Assembly (NCBI RefSeq): GCF_938045405.1
Contig: NZ_CALIMW010000057.1
Span: forward strand, 2,312 to 66,311
DNA length: 64,000 nucleotides
Direction: 5' to 3'
Source of the DNA: an uncultured Campylobacter sp.
GTDB taxonomy: Bacteria > Campylobacterota > Campylobacteria > Campylobacterales > Campylobacteraceae
In this document: positions 27,536 through 37,049 of the stretch, one piece after another
Layout: each line of letters opens with the position of its first letter
Position numbering within the stretch: the first letter of the stretch is position 1
Position numbers and translations under genes: made by a program
Notes under the pieces: generated by a model
Database searches by the model: none
Told to the model about the DNA's origin: nothing
What the model saw: the letters and a program-made list of their open reading frames with translations, nothing else

Positions 27536-29632
27536 TTGCCGAATTTCATAACCCAAAGCGTGAGCCTGCCGCGGCTGCCGATTAAGCTCGGCGAGACCGA
27601 GTTTTTAGAGACGGCACGCGGTAGAAATTTAACGCTCGTGCGAACCAAAAGCTTTGATAGCGAGTTTTTTATCATCGTTAAGCCCAGCGGCGACAAAGTG
27701 ATAGTAAAGGGCGAAAAGATCACCAAGCCCGCCAAGATCGGCCATCTGCAACGAGCGCTCGAAATTTTTAAAGAGCGCTTCTGCGGGCAGATCATCTCGC
27801 AGGCGTTTGCCTACAAAGACAGCTCACTTACCGAAAAAACGCCGCTGATTTTGGACGAGAATGAAATTTTATCCCTCGTAAAAAGCTCTAAATTTAATAA
27901 AATTTTCATCGAGATCGGCTTCGGCTCAGGCAGACACCTGCTTCATCAAGCGCGCTCAAATCAAGACGCGCTGCTAATCGGCATCGAAATTTACAAGCCC
28001 GCGATCGAACAGGTCGCAAAGCTAGCGATCCGCGAGGGGCTGCAAAACATTGCGCTGATTGCCACCGACGCACGGGTTTTACTAAGCCTGCTTCCCGCAG
28101 GCTGCCTGCAGCGCGTATTTTTGCACTTCCCCGTGCCGTGGGACGACGCGCCGCACCGCCGCGTCATAAGCGACGAGTTCGCCTCGCAGATCGCACGCAC
28201 GCTCGGGCGCAGCGGCCGCTTCGAGCTTCGCACCGACAGCGAGGAGTACTTCCTCTACGCGATGCAAAAGCTCTCGCCCTACGTTCAGCACAAAGCGGGC
28301 GAAATTTCGCACTTCAAAAACCGAGACGCCGCCGTAGCGAGCAAATACGAGGATAGATGGCGCAAAATGGACAAAAACATCTACGATCTGATCTACGAGA
28401 ACAAAACCGCGGGCGTGGACGAACCGCAGCAGTTTGAGATGGAATTTTTAAAATTTGACGCGGCGGCAATCGCGCGAAATTTTAAAAATTCTACCTTCAA
28501 AGGCGAGGATTTTTTCGTGCATTTTGAGGAAATTTTTTACTTTGACGCGCAGAAAGACTTGGACGCGGATGGGGCTTGCGCGGAGCGCGGCGTAAATTTA
28601 AGCGGCGCGGGCGAAGTCATGAACGACGAGGCTACAAATTTGGACGCAATGCGCGGCAAAAATTTAACCGAGCGCGCAAGCGTGGATGAAATTTCGTCAG
28701 GCGGCGGCAAAATTTTAGCTACGACACCCGCGGATAAAATTTCAGCTTGCACGAACGCTACGCAAATTCTAAAAAAAGCAAGCGTTCTACCAAATACAAA
28801 CCGCGCGGATGAAACAGGCGTAAATTTAAACGAGGATCGCTTGAGCGCAAACGGCGTAAATTTAGCAAGCGATGTTCCTGTCGCGGTAAGCGCTAAATTT
28901 AGCCGCACTGCCCCTGGCGAAAAACGCGCTTTAGCCTGCGAGCAGATCGTAACAAAGCAAGGTACGCAGATAAACAGCGCAGCCGCCTCAAGCGATACAC
29001 CAAAAGCAAATAACCCGCTCGCAACAATCGACGCAAGCAACGCGCTAAATTCTATCGGCGCAGAGGGGGCGCCTGCAACTATCGACGCGACAGGGGCAGG
29101 CAATACACCCACAACGATCGATGCAATAGATGCGAGCAATGCGTTGAATGCGGACGGCTCGTTCGCAGCAGCCCGCACAAACGAAGCAAACGCGGCGCTA
29201 AACATAAGCGCAGTACCTTGCAAAAATGAATCGCAAGCTGAATTACAAAATAAGTCAAACTCTATCAAATCGCAAGTCGGTCGCCGAAGCGAGCCAGGCC
29301 ATGACGAGCTACAAGCCGAACACCAAGGCAAATTAAATCGTGCCGAGCAGCAATGGCAAGGCAAACCAAGCTGCGTTAAGTCGCAAGACGAATGGCAAAG
29401 CGAACCAAGCTGTACCGAGCAGCAAAACGAACGGCAAAGCAAGCCATGCGCCGCCGAGCCGCAGGACGTGCTAATCCTGCTTTCGCTCGGGGCATTCGAC
29501 TTTCCGCAGCAGTGTTTCATCCGCGCAAACGCAAGCGGCACGCGCTACTTCATCCGCCGCCCGCTTCCTACGCGCGAAAACCACGCGGCACATCAAAAAA
29601 TTTCGGAGATATTTTCACAATGGCAGAGATAA
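27536..29632 (+). CDS. trmB: tRNA (guanine46-N7)-methyltransferase TrmB with an N-terminal extension and a ~360-aa low-complexity C-terminal extension
   Basis: TTG start. SAM-MTase core IEIGFGSGRHLL ... LHFPVPWDD, about aa 110-340. Residues about 340-698 are repeat-derived low complexity (VNL/KNL/DEI units). The stop overlaps ftsE by 13 nt. Confidence 0.7.
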   Translation: MPNFITQSVSLPRLPIKLGETEFLETARGRNLTLVRTKSFDSEFFIIVKPSGDKVIVKGEKITKPAKIGHLQRALEIFKERFCGQIISQAFAYKDSSLTEKTPLILDENEILSLVKSSKFNKIFIEIGFGSGRHLLHQARSNQDALLIGIEIYKPAIEQVAKLAIREGLQNIALIATDARVLLSLLPAGCLQRVFLHFPVPWDDAPHRRVISDEFASQIARTLGRSGRFELRTDSEEYFLYAMQKLSPYVQHKAGEISHFKNRDAAVASKYEDRWRKMDKNIYDLIYENKTAGVDEPQQFEMEFLKFDAAAIARNFKNSTFKGEDFFVHFEEIFYFDAQKDLDADGACAERGVNLSGAGEVMNDEATNLDAMRGKNLTERASVDEISSGGGKILATTPADKISACTNATQILKKASVLPNTNRADETGVNLNEDRLSANGVNLASDVPVAVSAKFSRTAPGEKRALACEQIVTKQGTQINSAAASSDTPKANNPLATIDASNALNSIGAEGAPATIDATGAGNTPTTIDAIDASNALNADGSFAAARTNEANAALNISAVPCKNESQAELQNKSNSIKSQVGRRSEPGHDELQAEHQGKLNRAEQQWQGKPSCVKSQDEWQSEPSCTEQQNERQSKPCAAEPQDVLILLSLGAFDFPQQCFIRANASGTRYFIRRPLPTRENHAAHQKISEIFSQWQR
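28556..29470 (+). repeat. repeat-derived low-complexity tract forming the trmB C-terminal extension
   Basis: Recurring GC-rich block + (g/c)taaattta/gaaattt units. Both the sense frame and an antisense frame (28537..29541) are stop-free. Confidence 0.75.
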
Positions 29633-30309
29633 CGGACGATTACAACATCATCACCGCAGCGGGCCTCACGCTGGGCTACGAAAAGGCGGGCGCGGTCATC
29701 CAAGACGCGAGTTTCGGCATCGGCGCGAAGGACTTCGTCATCATCACGGGCAAGAGCGGCAGCGGCAAATCCACGCTGCTTAAGTCCTTCTACGGCGGCA
29801 TCGACATCATCGGCGGCGAGCTGAACGTCTGCCTGTGCGATCTAAAGGGCATCACAAACTCCGATCTGCGCACCCTGCGCCAGCGTATCGGCATTATCTT
29901 TCAAAACTACCGCCTGATCAACGAATGGACGATCGAGCGCAACATAATGCTTCCGTTAATGATAATGGGCTACAATCAGCAGGTCTGCCAAGACCAAGCC
30001 AAAAAGCTACTGCGCCACGTCGAGCTCGGGCATAAGATGGGCAAGTATCCGCTCGAGCTTAGCGGCGGCGAGCAGCAGCGCGTGGCTTTGGCGCGTGCGA
30101 TGGCGCATAATCCGCGCCTACTGCTGTGCGACGAGCCTACGGGAAATTTGGACGACTACTCCAGCGCCATTATTTGGAATTTGCTGCGCTCGGCGTGCGA
30201 GTCGTGGAACGCCTGCGTCGTCATCGTAACGCACAAAATGCCCGCCACGCTGCGTTTTAGGCACCGACATTTTGAGATTAAGGACGCTAAAGTAAATGAA
30301 ATCGATTAA
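29620..30309 (+). CDS. ftsE: cell division ATP-binding protein FtsE
   Basis: The internal ATG at 29620 gives a 229-aa protein starting [11 protein letters not shown]. Walker [13 protein letters not shown] signature LSGGEQQR, Walker B LLLCDEP. The longer track ORF from 29392 is an upstream extension into the trmB tail. Confidence 0.9.
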   Translation: MAEITDDYNIITAAGLTLGYEKAGAVIQDASFGIGAKDFVIITGKSGSGKSTLLKSFYGGIDIIGGELNVCLCDLKGITNSDLRTLRQRIGIIFQNYRLINEWTIERNIMLPLMIMGYNQQVCQDQAKKLLRHVELGHKMGKYPLELSGGEQQRVALARAMAHNPRLLLCDEPTGNLDDYSSAIIWNLLRSACESWNACVVIVTHKMPATLRFRHRHFEIKDAKVNEID

Positions 30310-31111
30310 AACCCATTTCGGCGTGATCTTTTCGCTCGTCGCGCTGCTTTTTTCCGTGCAGTTTGGAATTTTTATGAGCAATCTGACCAAAAGCTACGAG
30401 CGCTCGATCCAAAACGAATATAACATCGTGCTAGTCTCCAAAACCTCGCTCAGCTTGCAAGACGCGCAAAAAGCGGTGCCTAAAATCAGCTCGATTAGCG
30501 AAATTTCCACAGCGGGCATCACCGAGCGACTGAAGGGTAAAATTTCACAAAACGCCTTTGCCGAGCTTAGTAAAAATTTGCCTAAATTTTATAGCGTCAA
30601 GCTCGAAAGCTTCCCCGACGCCGCGCAGCTTGCCAAGATTGAGCAGGATCTAAAGTCGATCGGCTCGCTCACGCGGGTTGAAATTTTTAAAAAGACCCAC
30701 GATGAAATTTTTAAAATTTTACTGCTTATAAAAAGCCTCGTTTACGGCTTTGCGTTTCTGATCGTGCTTTTAGGCGTGATGTTAATTCACCGCCAGATGC
30801 GTATCTGGGTTTACGAACACAAAGAGCGCATCGAGATCATGGAGCTTTTCGGCGCGTCGTTTCTGATAAAAAGCGGCAAACTCTACCGAATGGCGATAAT
30901 AGACTCCTTCATCGCTACGCTGATCGTGACCTGCTTCTACATAGCGCTTCCAGGCTGGGAGGTGTTTTCGACCACGCTTAAGGGTATCGGCGATCTGCGC
31001 ACCGCCATAGTGCTGCCTTACGATGCGCTGATTCTTTTGGGTGTCGCCTTGGCGCTATCTATCATCGCGGTAAGTTTTGTGATGCTGCAAATCGGAAATA
31101 AACGAGCATGA
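30296..31111 (+). CDS. ftsX: cell division permease FtsX-like
   Basis: 271 aa. Periplasmic loop plus C-terminal 3-TM FtsX-like permease. Overlaps the ftsE stop. Confidence 0.8.
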   Translation: MKSIKTHFGVIFSLVALLFSVQFGIFMSNLTKSYERSIQNEYNIVLVSKTSLSLQDAQKAVPKISSISEISTAGITERLKGKISQNAFAELSKNLPKFYSVKLESFPDAAQLAKIEQDLKSIGSLTRVEIFKKTHDEIFKILLLIKSLVYGFAFLIVLLGVMLIHRQMRIWVYEHKERIEIMELFGASFLIKSGKLYRMAIIDSFIATLIVTCFYIALPGWEVFSTTLKGIGDLRTAIVLPYDALILLGVALALSIIAVSFVMLQIGNKRA

Positions 31112-32490
31112 AAAGAGCTTTTTTAGCGCCGCTTCTTACGCTGGGGCTTGCCGCGGGTTTTATTTATGCCGCGCCCGCAAAGCAGCAGAGCACGAAAGAT
31201 AAGATCGCCAAAGCGGGTCAAGAGCTCAAAAGCTCGCAAAAGGAGGGGATGCAGCTCTCGCAAAAGATCGACGAGATTGCAGGTCAAATCGTAAAGGAGC
31301 AGGAGGGCTTTAAAAAGCGCGAGGGCGAGATCAAACAGCTAAGCGAAACGATCGAAGATCTAAAGGATCAATACGCCGCCGAAGCGCAGGAGCTTGAAAA
31401 GCTAAATAGCCAAAACGCCACGCTTCTTAGCGTGCAAAACGATCTGGAGAGCAAGATCATAAGCGTGATCTCGCAAGAGTTATCATTTGATCTAATCACC
31501 GACGTAAATTCCACCACCACGCCCGATTCTATCGTAGCTAGCGAAATTTTAGAGGGGCTCGGCGTCGTTATGAACGACGAGCTTAAAGGGCTAATCAAAG
31601 ACTACGAAAATAATCAAAATTTTATCAACGAGCAGAACAAAAAGATCAAATCGATCCAGGCGAGCATGGCGGGCTATGACAAGAAAAAAACCGATCTTGA
31701 CGCCAAGCAAACCACCCAAAAAGAGAAGCTCGCGCAGATGAAAAAGGACAAAGAGGACTACATCGCGCGCCTAGAGAAGATAAACGACGAGCAAGACGCC
31801 ATATCTAAGACCCTGCAGGAGCTTAAGATCATCGACGACGCCGAGGAAAAAGCCAAAGCGCAAAAGGAGGAAGCGGCACGCCAAGCAAAGCTTGAAGCGC
31901 AGAAGCAAAAGGAGCGCCAGGCGCGCGAAAAAGAGTATGCCAAAGCAAAAGCGGCTGCCAAAAAGGCGGGCAAACCCGAGCCTGCGCCTCCTAGCGAACC
32001 CGAGCCCGAAGTGAGCGAGCCGGCGGATGAGCGCGTAAGCAAGATCAACCAAAAGGTCAAGCAGTACGGCTCGAGCTATCAATCCTCGCGCGTTAAAAAA
32101 TACAGCGGAGCCAAGACCACAGCGCCTCTGAACGGCGCGTATTTGAAGAGAAAATTCGGCAACTACAACGATCCCGTATATAACATCAAACTTTTCAACG
32201 AAAATATCGTGCTGGGCTCAAACAGCGGCGACACGCAGGTTAAAGCGGTGCTGCCGGGCAAAGTGGTCTTTGCTAAAGAAACCGCCGTGCTCGATAAGGT
32301 CGTGATCCTAGAGCACAGCGGCGGCATCCACACGATCTACGCGCATCTAAATCAGATCCCGCCTACCGTGCGCGTCGGCTCCAACGTCAAAAAGGGCTAC
32401 ATCATCGGGCGCATCGGCTCGGATCTGACCTTTGAGGTGACGCAGCAGAACTACCACATCAACCCGCTCGATCTCATCAGCTTGAGGTAA
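31108..32490 (+). CDS. EnvC-like murein hydrolase activator (coiled-coil + C-terminal M23/LytM domain)
   Basis: 460 aa. Signal peptide, long coiled coil, then C-terminal LytM-type domain (HSGGIHTIYAHL). Canonical ftsE-ftsX-envC arrangement. Confidence 0.8.
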   Translation: MKRAFLAPLLTLGLAAGFIYAAPAKQQSTKDKIAKAGQELKSSQKEGMQLSQKIDEIAGQIVKEQEGFKKREGEIKQLSETIEDLKDQYAAEAQELEKLNSQNATLLSVQNDLESKIISVISQELSFDLITDVNSTTTPDSIVASEILEGLGVVMNDELKGLIKDYENNQNFINEQNKKIKSIQASMAGYDKKKTDLDAKQTTQKEKLAQMKKDKEDYIARLEKINDEQDAISKTLQELKIIDDAEEKAKAQKEEAARQAKLEAQKQKERQAREKEYAKAKAAAKKAGKPEPAPPSEPEPEVSEPADERVSKINQKVKQYGSSYQSSRVKKYSGAKTTAPLNGAYLKRKFGNYNDPVYNIKLFNENIVLGSNSGDTQVKAVLPGKVVFAKETAVLDKVVILEHSGGIHTIYAHLNQIPPTVRVGSNVKKGYIIGRIGSDLTFEVTQQNYHINPLDLISLR

Positions 32491-32493
32491 GCC

Positions 32494-32886
32494 GTGGGCA
32501 GGGGAAATTCTAAATTTAGCGGATCTTGCGAGGATGCCGAAAGTTTAAATTTAAGCGGACAGAATTCAGGCTGCGATTTAAATTTAGATGAGCAGAATTC
32601 TTTAAAAGAGCAGAATTTCGCCACTTCAAATTTGAACGATGAAAGCTCTGCGGCGGCGTTAAATTTAAACAGTCAAAGCTCTGCCGCCATAGATATTGCC
32701 TCTACGTCAAATTTAGATAGCGAGAATTCCGCCACGGGAGCCACTGCATTAAATTTTAAAAATAAGAATTCCGCGACGACGGACATCATAGCGACATCAA
32801 AAACGATGGCGGGCGCCGCAAAAACAGGAAGCTACAACGAGCGTCGTAGAAGTAAAAACGACGAAAACAGCGCAAAACGATATTGA
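32494..32886 (+). CDS. low-complexity ORF (QNS/ENS/LNL repeats); possibly a translated repeat array rather than a genuine gene
   Basis: 130-aa ORF made entirely of cagaattc/aaattt repeat units. No domain. Starts 4 nt after the envC stop. Confidence 0.25.
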   Translation: MGRGNSKFSGSCEDAESLNLSGQNSGCDLNLDEQNSLKEQNFATSNLNDESSAAALNLNSQSSAAIDIASTSNLDSENSATGATALNFKNKNSATTDIIATSKTMAGAAKTGSYNERRRSKNDENSAKRY

Positions 32887-32911
32887 GATTACAAGGGTAG
32901 CGGAGGAAATA

Positions 32912-33727
32912 ATGACAACAGAAATGGCGGCAGCAAAAGAAGCAGAAGCGGCGAAACCGCAAATCCAAGAGCTCACCAATTTTCTTAGCGAATACACCGC
33001 CAAGATGCTTAGCATCGGCACTTACACCGCGCGTATAGAGCACTGCGTGCGCAGGATAGCGGACGCTTACGACTATGAGGCTAGCCTGATGATCTTTGTG
33101 CGCCACTTCATCATCAGCGTGATGGATCCTGCGGACAACTCTATCCGCCGCACCTACGTCAAAACGGGCGCTGCGGCGCAGATCAGCTTCGATCTAATCT
33201 CGGAGCTAAGCGCGCTTAGCTGGGAAATTTACGACGAAAAAATCCCCCTTGCGCGCGCCAGAGCCTCATTTGCCGAAATTTTAGCCTCGCAGAAGAAAAG
33301 CTTTGCCAAAACTCTTATTTTGCTAAGCGTCGCAAATGCCGCATTCTGCGAGCTTTTTGGCGGCGACGGCGGCGCAATGGCGCTCGTTTTTGCGGCTACA
33401 GCTTTTGGAATTTGCGCCCGCTATCTGCTTAGCAAGCTTAAAATCAACCTAAAAATCCAATACATCGCAGTTTCGTTCGCAGTCTCCTTCATCGTCTCGC
33501 TAGGGGCTCGCTACGGGCTTAGCGCCACGCCCGACGTCGCCGTGGGATCGAGCATACTCTTTTTGATCCCGGGCGTCTGGCTGATCAACTCGGTATTTGA
33601 CATCCTAAACGAAAATATGCTCGTAGGCATCAGCAGAGGGCTAAACACGGGGCTTTTGATCATCTGCATCGCAATCGGGCTCTTTCTGACGCTTAGCATA
33701 TCAAATTTGGGGCTTGTAAATGTTTGA
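32912..33727 (+). CDS. threonine/serine exporter family protein (ThrE N-terminal domain, YjjP-like)
   Basis: 271 aa. Family-like N-terminus (IGTYTARIEHCVRRIADAYDYEASLMIF), multiple TM helices. Confidence 0.7.
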   Translation: MTTEMAAAKEAEAAKPQIQELTNFLSEYTAKMLSIGTYTARIEHCVRRIADAYDYEASLMIFVRHFIISVMDPADNSIRRTYVKTGAAAQISFDLISELSALSWEIYDEKIPLARARASFAEILASQKKSFAKTLILLSVANAAFCELFGGDGGAMALVFAATAFGICARYLLSKLKINLKIQYIAVSFAVSFIVSLGARYGLSATPDVAVGSSILFLIPGVWLINSVFDILNENMLVGISRGLNTGLLIICIAIGLFLTLSISNLGLVNV

Positions 33728-34220
33728 TATAGCGCTTTCGGTATTTAAAGACGCTTGCTTTGCCGCTGCGGCGGGGCTGGGGTTTGCGTATGCGTGCATG
33801 CCGCCAAAAAAGACGCTTATTTTCTCGGCGCTGCTTGCGGCAGTTGCGCATTCGTGCAGGTTTTTGCTGATTCAAAGCCAAATTTTCTCGATCGCCGCCG
33901 CGACGCTTTTTGCGTCGTTTCTGATCGGCGTTTTGGGGATGCTCTGCGCCAAGCGCCTCAAAGTGCCCGCAGAGATCATCGCCTTTCCCGCGCTGCTTCC
34001 GATGATCCCCGGCATCTACGCTTACAAGACGGTTTTAGCGCTGTTTTCTTATATCAAAGCCGCGGGCGCGCAGCAGAAGCTCGCCCACCTCATCTCGTTT
34101 TTCGACAACGCCCTCGCCACGGTCTCGATCTCGCTGGCGCTCGGCACGGGCGTTTCAATAACGCTGCTAATTTTCTACGAACAGTCCTTGATGATCACTC
34201 GAGGCGCAAGGAGCAAATAG
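33720..34220 (+). CDS. threonine/serine exporter family protein (YjjB-like partner subunit)
   Basis: 166 aa with 4-5 TM helices. Start overlaps the previous gene. Typical two-gene YjjP/YjjB arrangement. Confidence 0.65.
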   Translation: MFDIALSVFKDACFAAAAGLGFAYACMPPKKTLIFSALLAAVAHSCRFLLIQSQIFSIAAATLFASFLIGVLGMLCAKRLKVPAEIIAFPALLPMIPGIYAYKTVLALFSYIKAAGAQQKLAHLISFFDNALATVSISLALGTGVSITLLIFYEQSLMITRGARSK

Positions 34221-34346
34221 CGCTAAATAAGAAATTTTAAGCAGGCGCGGCGGGTAAATTTAAATTTTATTATCTTCGCTAGCGAGGTAAAATTTTATAA
34301 ATTTACCGCTCTTGCCGCGAAGGTAAAATTTAGTTATATCTTTCAT

Positions 34347-35354
34347 TTATCGCTCATTATTCGATATTTGTTTTATTGTTTTCTCTTTTTCATCGTAGTA
34401 GTATCCCATATAACTCAAAAGCATATTTCTGTAGCCCAAGATATATTTAAAGCTCTTATCTATCAATATGATATAAAAATCATATGTTGCATAATTATCT
34501 CTATATTTGAAAGCTATTTTATTGAATGGGCGGCTAGTGTCTATATCGCTATTTTCATAAATTTTATAAGTCATGCAAAATTCTTCCAAATTATTTTTAA
34601 AATTTCCATTTTCTTCACCATTAAGTAGTTTATATAAATTAAGAAATAATAAATTTATAGGGATTATGAGCGATGCTTCGATATTATTAATATCTATATT
34701 TGGATCTTGTAGATCTATCTTATACTTATAAACTCCATAATTTATTATTGCTTTATTCATGTCGCTTTCGCTAGCAAAATATAGATTGTATCTTAGATCC
34801 CCGTTTTCTAAAACCAAACTTTCCTTATCTTCCCAAGGATATACGACTTCGGTTTTAAAAATTTCTTTATCTATATAGGTCTCGGCATCTTGTATCGCCT
34901 TGCCGTTTCTACAAATTTTTGAGCCCAAATCCATAAGATAATCTAAATTTAGCCTTTTATCTATCTTGTAAAATTCGCATTTATCATCGGGGCGTTTATC
35001 CCCATGACATTTACTATGGACGCGTGTTAAATAATCTTTTAATTCTAGATCTTCAATATCTTCTTCGATGTGAAGATTTTTATATTTCATTCGGATATCA
35101 TCTATTTTTTTAGCGATTTTTTCTTTAGAAAAGTTTTCGCTTTCATGCATCTTTTTAAGCATACACTTTAACGCTCTATCTTTAAGCTGTATATCCGTAA
35201 GATTGCCATCTAGATCGCATACCCATTCATATGGATCGGTTTCAATTTTTTCGGCTGAATTTGGGTATTTATACTCCGCGATAATCGAAAGTATCGCGCA
35301 CAAAGCGCATATTATTATGATGAAGACCAAGCACAGATAATATCTCGTTTTCAA
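34347..35354 (-). CDS. AT-rich orphan membrane-anchored protein, hypothetical
   Basis: 335 aa. TTG start with AGGAG 8 nt upstream. N-terminal TM anchor. Very Lys/Asn/Tyr/Ile-rich, with gene GC far below neighbours. No recognisable domain. Confidence 0.55.
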   Translation of the reverse strand: MKTRYYLCLVFIIIICALCAILSIIAEYKYPNSAEKIETDPYEWVCDLDGNLTDIQLKDRALKCMLKKMHESENFSKEKIAKKIDDIRMKYKNLHIEEDIEDLELKDYLTRVHSKCHGDKRPDDKCEFYKIDKRLNLDYLMDLGSKICRNGKAIQDAETYIDKEIFKTEVVYPWEDKESLVLENGDLRYNLYFASESDMNKAIINYGVYKYKIDLQDPNIDINNIEASLIIPINLLFLNLYKLLNGEENGNFKNNLEEFCMTYKIYENSDIDTSRPFNKIAFKYRDNYATYDFYIILIDKSFKYILGYRNMLLSYMGYYYDEKEKTIKQISNNER

Positions 35355-35538
35355 ATTTCGCTCCTAAAATTTTCCGCAATATACCTCACATATACTTAAT
35401 CTACGATAATTTTAGTATGCCTCAAATATCGTTAAATCAGGGCTTTTCTTGATCCGCTTCGGCAAATTTCATCTCAATGATTCGTAGATATTTGGCTCTC
35501 TTGCGCCGCTCGTCGCACCTCTATCGCCAAAGTAAAAT

Positions 35539-36699
35539 TTAGCCGAGCTTTTCTGACTTAAACGCCCTTTTTACCGTCATATAAAAGCCGCTAAAGATAA
35601 AAAGCGCCATACAAAGCGAGATGAACGACCATAAAATTTTACCCGCTAGCCCGAAAAAATAGCCCGTATGCAGCTGATAGTTCGCGTTTTTGACGTCATC
35701 TGCGGTGATGCCCTCCGCCTGCTTCTGCTCCGCGACCTTGCCCTCCTTTAGCTTCACGCTCACGCCTTTTGGACGCGCAGTGGCAGGCGCATCAGGCTCG
35801 TAGTATCTGATGCTCATCTTATCTCCGGCTGCGAGCATTAGGGTAAATTCTTTATACTCTATGCCACTTGATCTGAATATCTCATAAGCCCTCTGCGCGT
35901 CGCTAAATTTATACGTAGCGGGCTTTTTGCCCTCCTCTTTAGCAGGTGCGGCGGCGTGATCTTTAGAAGTGGCGGCTTTAGGTGCGCTAGCTTGCGGCAA
36001 ATTTTGCGAACTTACGAAAAGCTTCATCACGGCATCGTTATACCAGCTATACGACCAGTTAAGCCCGGTTAAACAGATGAGCAGGTAAATTATCGCGCTT
36101 AAAGAACCTAGGCTCGTGTGTAGATTGTAAAAAAGAGCGTATTTTTTGAGTTTAAAATTTGGCCTTATCGCCTCGATAAATTTACGCCTAAGCCTTGGGA
36201 AATACAGCCAGACGCCGCTTATTACGAGCAGTATCATCGCCACGGCGCTCGCGCCTACGATCTGTTTGCCGATCTCGCCCGCGGTTTTGTTGCCGCTTAG
36301 CGCTAGTCCTAAATTTCGGTGAAGCGACATCACCGTTAGCACAAAGCCCGTGCCGCGATCCTTGCCGATGATCTGCGCGGTGTATGGATTGACCAGATAC
36401 GCATCATTTCTGTTTGCGTAAATGACGAAGGCTTCGTCATCGCTTTTGGGCACGACGAGCCTTACGGGCTGCTTAGCGCCCGTTTGCTCGCTAAAGCTTT
36501 GCAGGATTTTCTCCACGCTTTGCATTTCGCCCGTTTTTTCGACCTTTTTAGAGCCCGCGTTTATTAGCGCCTCAAACTCGTGCTGATACGATAAAATCGC
36601 ACCCGTAACGCCAATGATAAGCAGCGGTATAGAAAAAACTATCGACAAAATAAGATGGACGTTAAACAAAATTTTATTGCGCTTCAAAAGCGAGCTCAT
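35539..36699 (-). CDS. PepSY-associated TM helix domain protein (PiuB-like)
   Basis: 386 aa. N-terminal KRNKILFNVHLILSIVFSIPLLIIGVTGAILSY is typical of the PepSY_TM family. Second TM pair at the C-terminus. Confidence 0.8.
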   Translation of the reverse strand: MSSLLKRNKILFNVHLILSIVFSIPLLIIGVTGAILSYQHEFEALINAGSKKVEKTGEMQSVEKILQSFSEQTGAKQPVRLVVPKSDDEAFVIYANRNDAYLVNPYTAQIIGKDRGTGFVLTVMSLHRNLGLALSGNKTAGEIGKQIVGASAVAMILLVISGVWLYFPRLRRKFIEAIRPNFKLKKYALFYNLHTSLGSLSAIIYLLICLTGLNWSYSWYNDAVMKLFVSSQNLPQASAPKAATSKDHAAAPAKEEGKKPATYKFSDAQRAYEIFRSSGIEYKEFTLMLAAGDKMSIRYYEPDAPATARPKGVSVKLKEGKVAEQKQAEGITADDVKNANYQLHTGYFFGLAGKILWSFISLCMALFIFSGFYMTVKRAFKSEKLG

Positions 36700-36775
36700 T
36701 GTAGATCCTTGCGAGATAAATTTAATCTTTATTTGATTGAGGTTCGCAATTATATTGTGCGATTTTAAATATTTA

Positions 36776-36791
36776 GATAATTATCATTAAG
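36776..36791. promoter_or_regulatory. putative Fur box (iron-responsive operator) upstream of the PepSY gene 35539..36699
   Basis: gataattatcattaag closely resembles the GATAATGATAATCATTATC Fur consensus. It lies about 80 bp upstream of the PepSY-TM gene start (minus strand) and about 260 bp upstream of paralogue A. Confidence 0.45.
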
Positions 36792-37049
36792 ATTTAGGAT
36801 GCGAAATTTTAAGGCACGTTATGGCATCGCAAGAGCGCCTAGGCACGTCGCGTAATGTCATAAACTGCATATTTCAGAATATCAAAGCTAAAAATTTAAT
36901 CCGCCTTTCGCGCGGCAAGATCACGCTAGCGAGATAAAATTCTAATCGCGATTTATAAAAAGCGCGCTTAGAATCTCGTAAATTTAGAAATTTTGCGCTA
37001 AAATTGCCAAAGACGCGAGCTTGCGTAATCCAAAAACAAGGTCATTATT

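Noticed and set aside
28537-29541. 334-aa minus-strand ORF antisense to the trmB C-terminal extension
   Set aside because: It lies entirely within a repeat tract that is stop-free in several frames. It has extreme Cys/Ser/Ala low complexity and no RBS or start context. Most likely it is a by-product of the codon-phased repeats rather than a gene. It is noted under the trmB finding.
29392-29619. Upstream extension of the ftsE ORF (track ORF 29392..30309)
   Set aside because: The extension is Arg/Ala/Pro-rich reading of the trmB repeat tail in another frame. The canonical FtsE N-terminus begins at the ATG at 29620.
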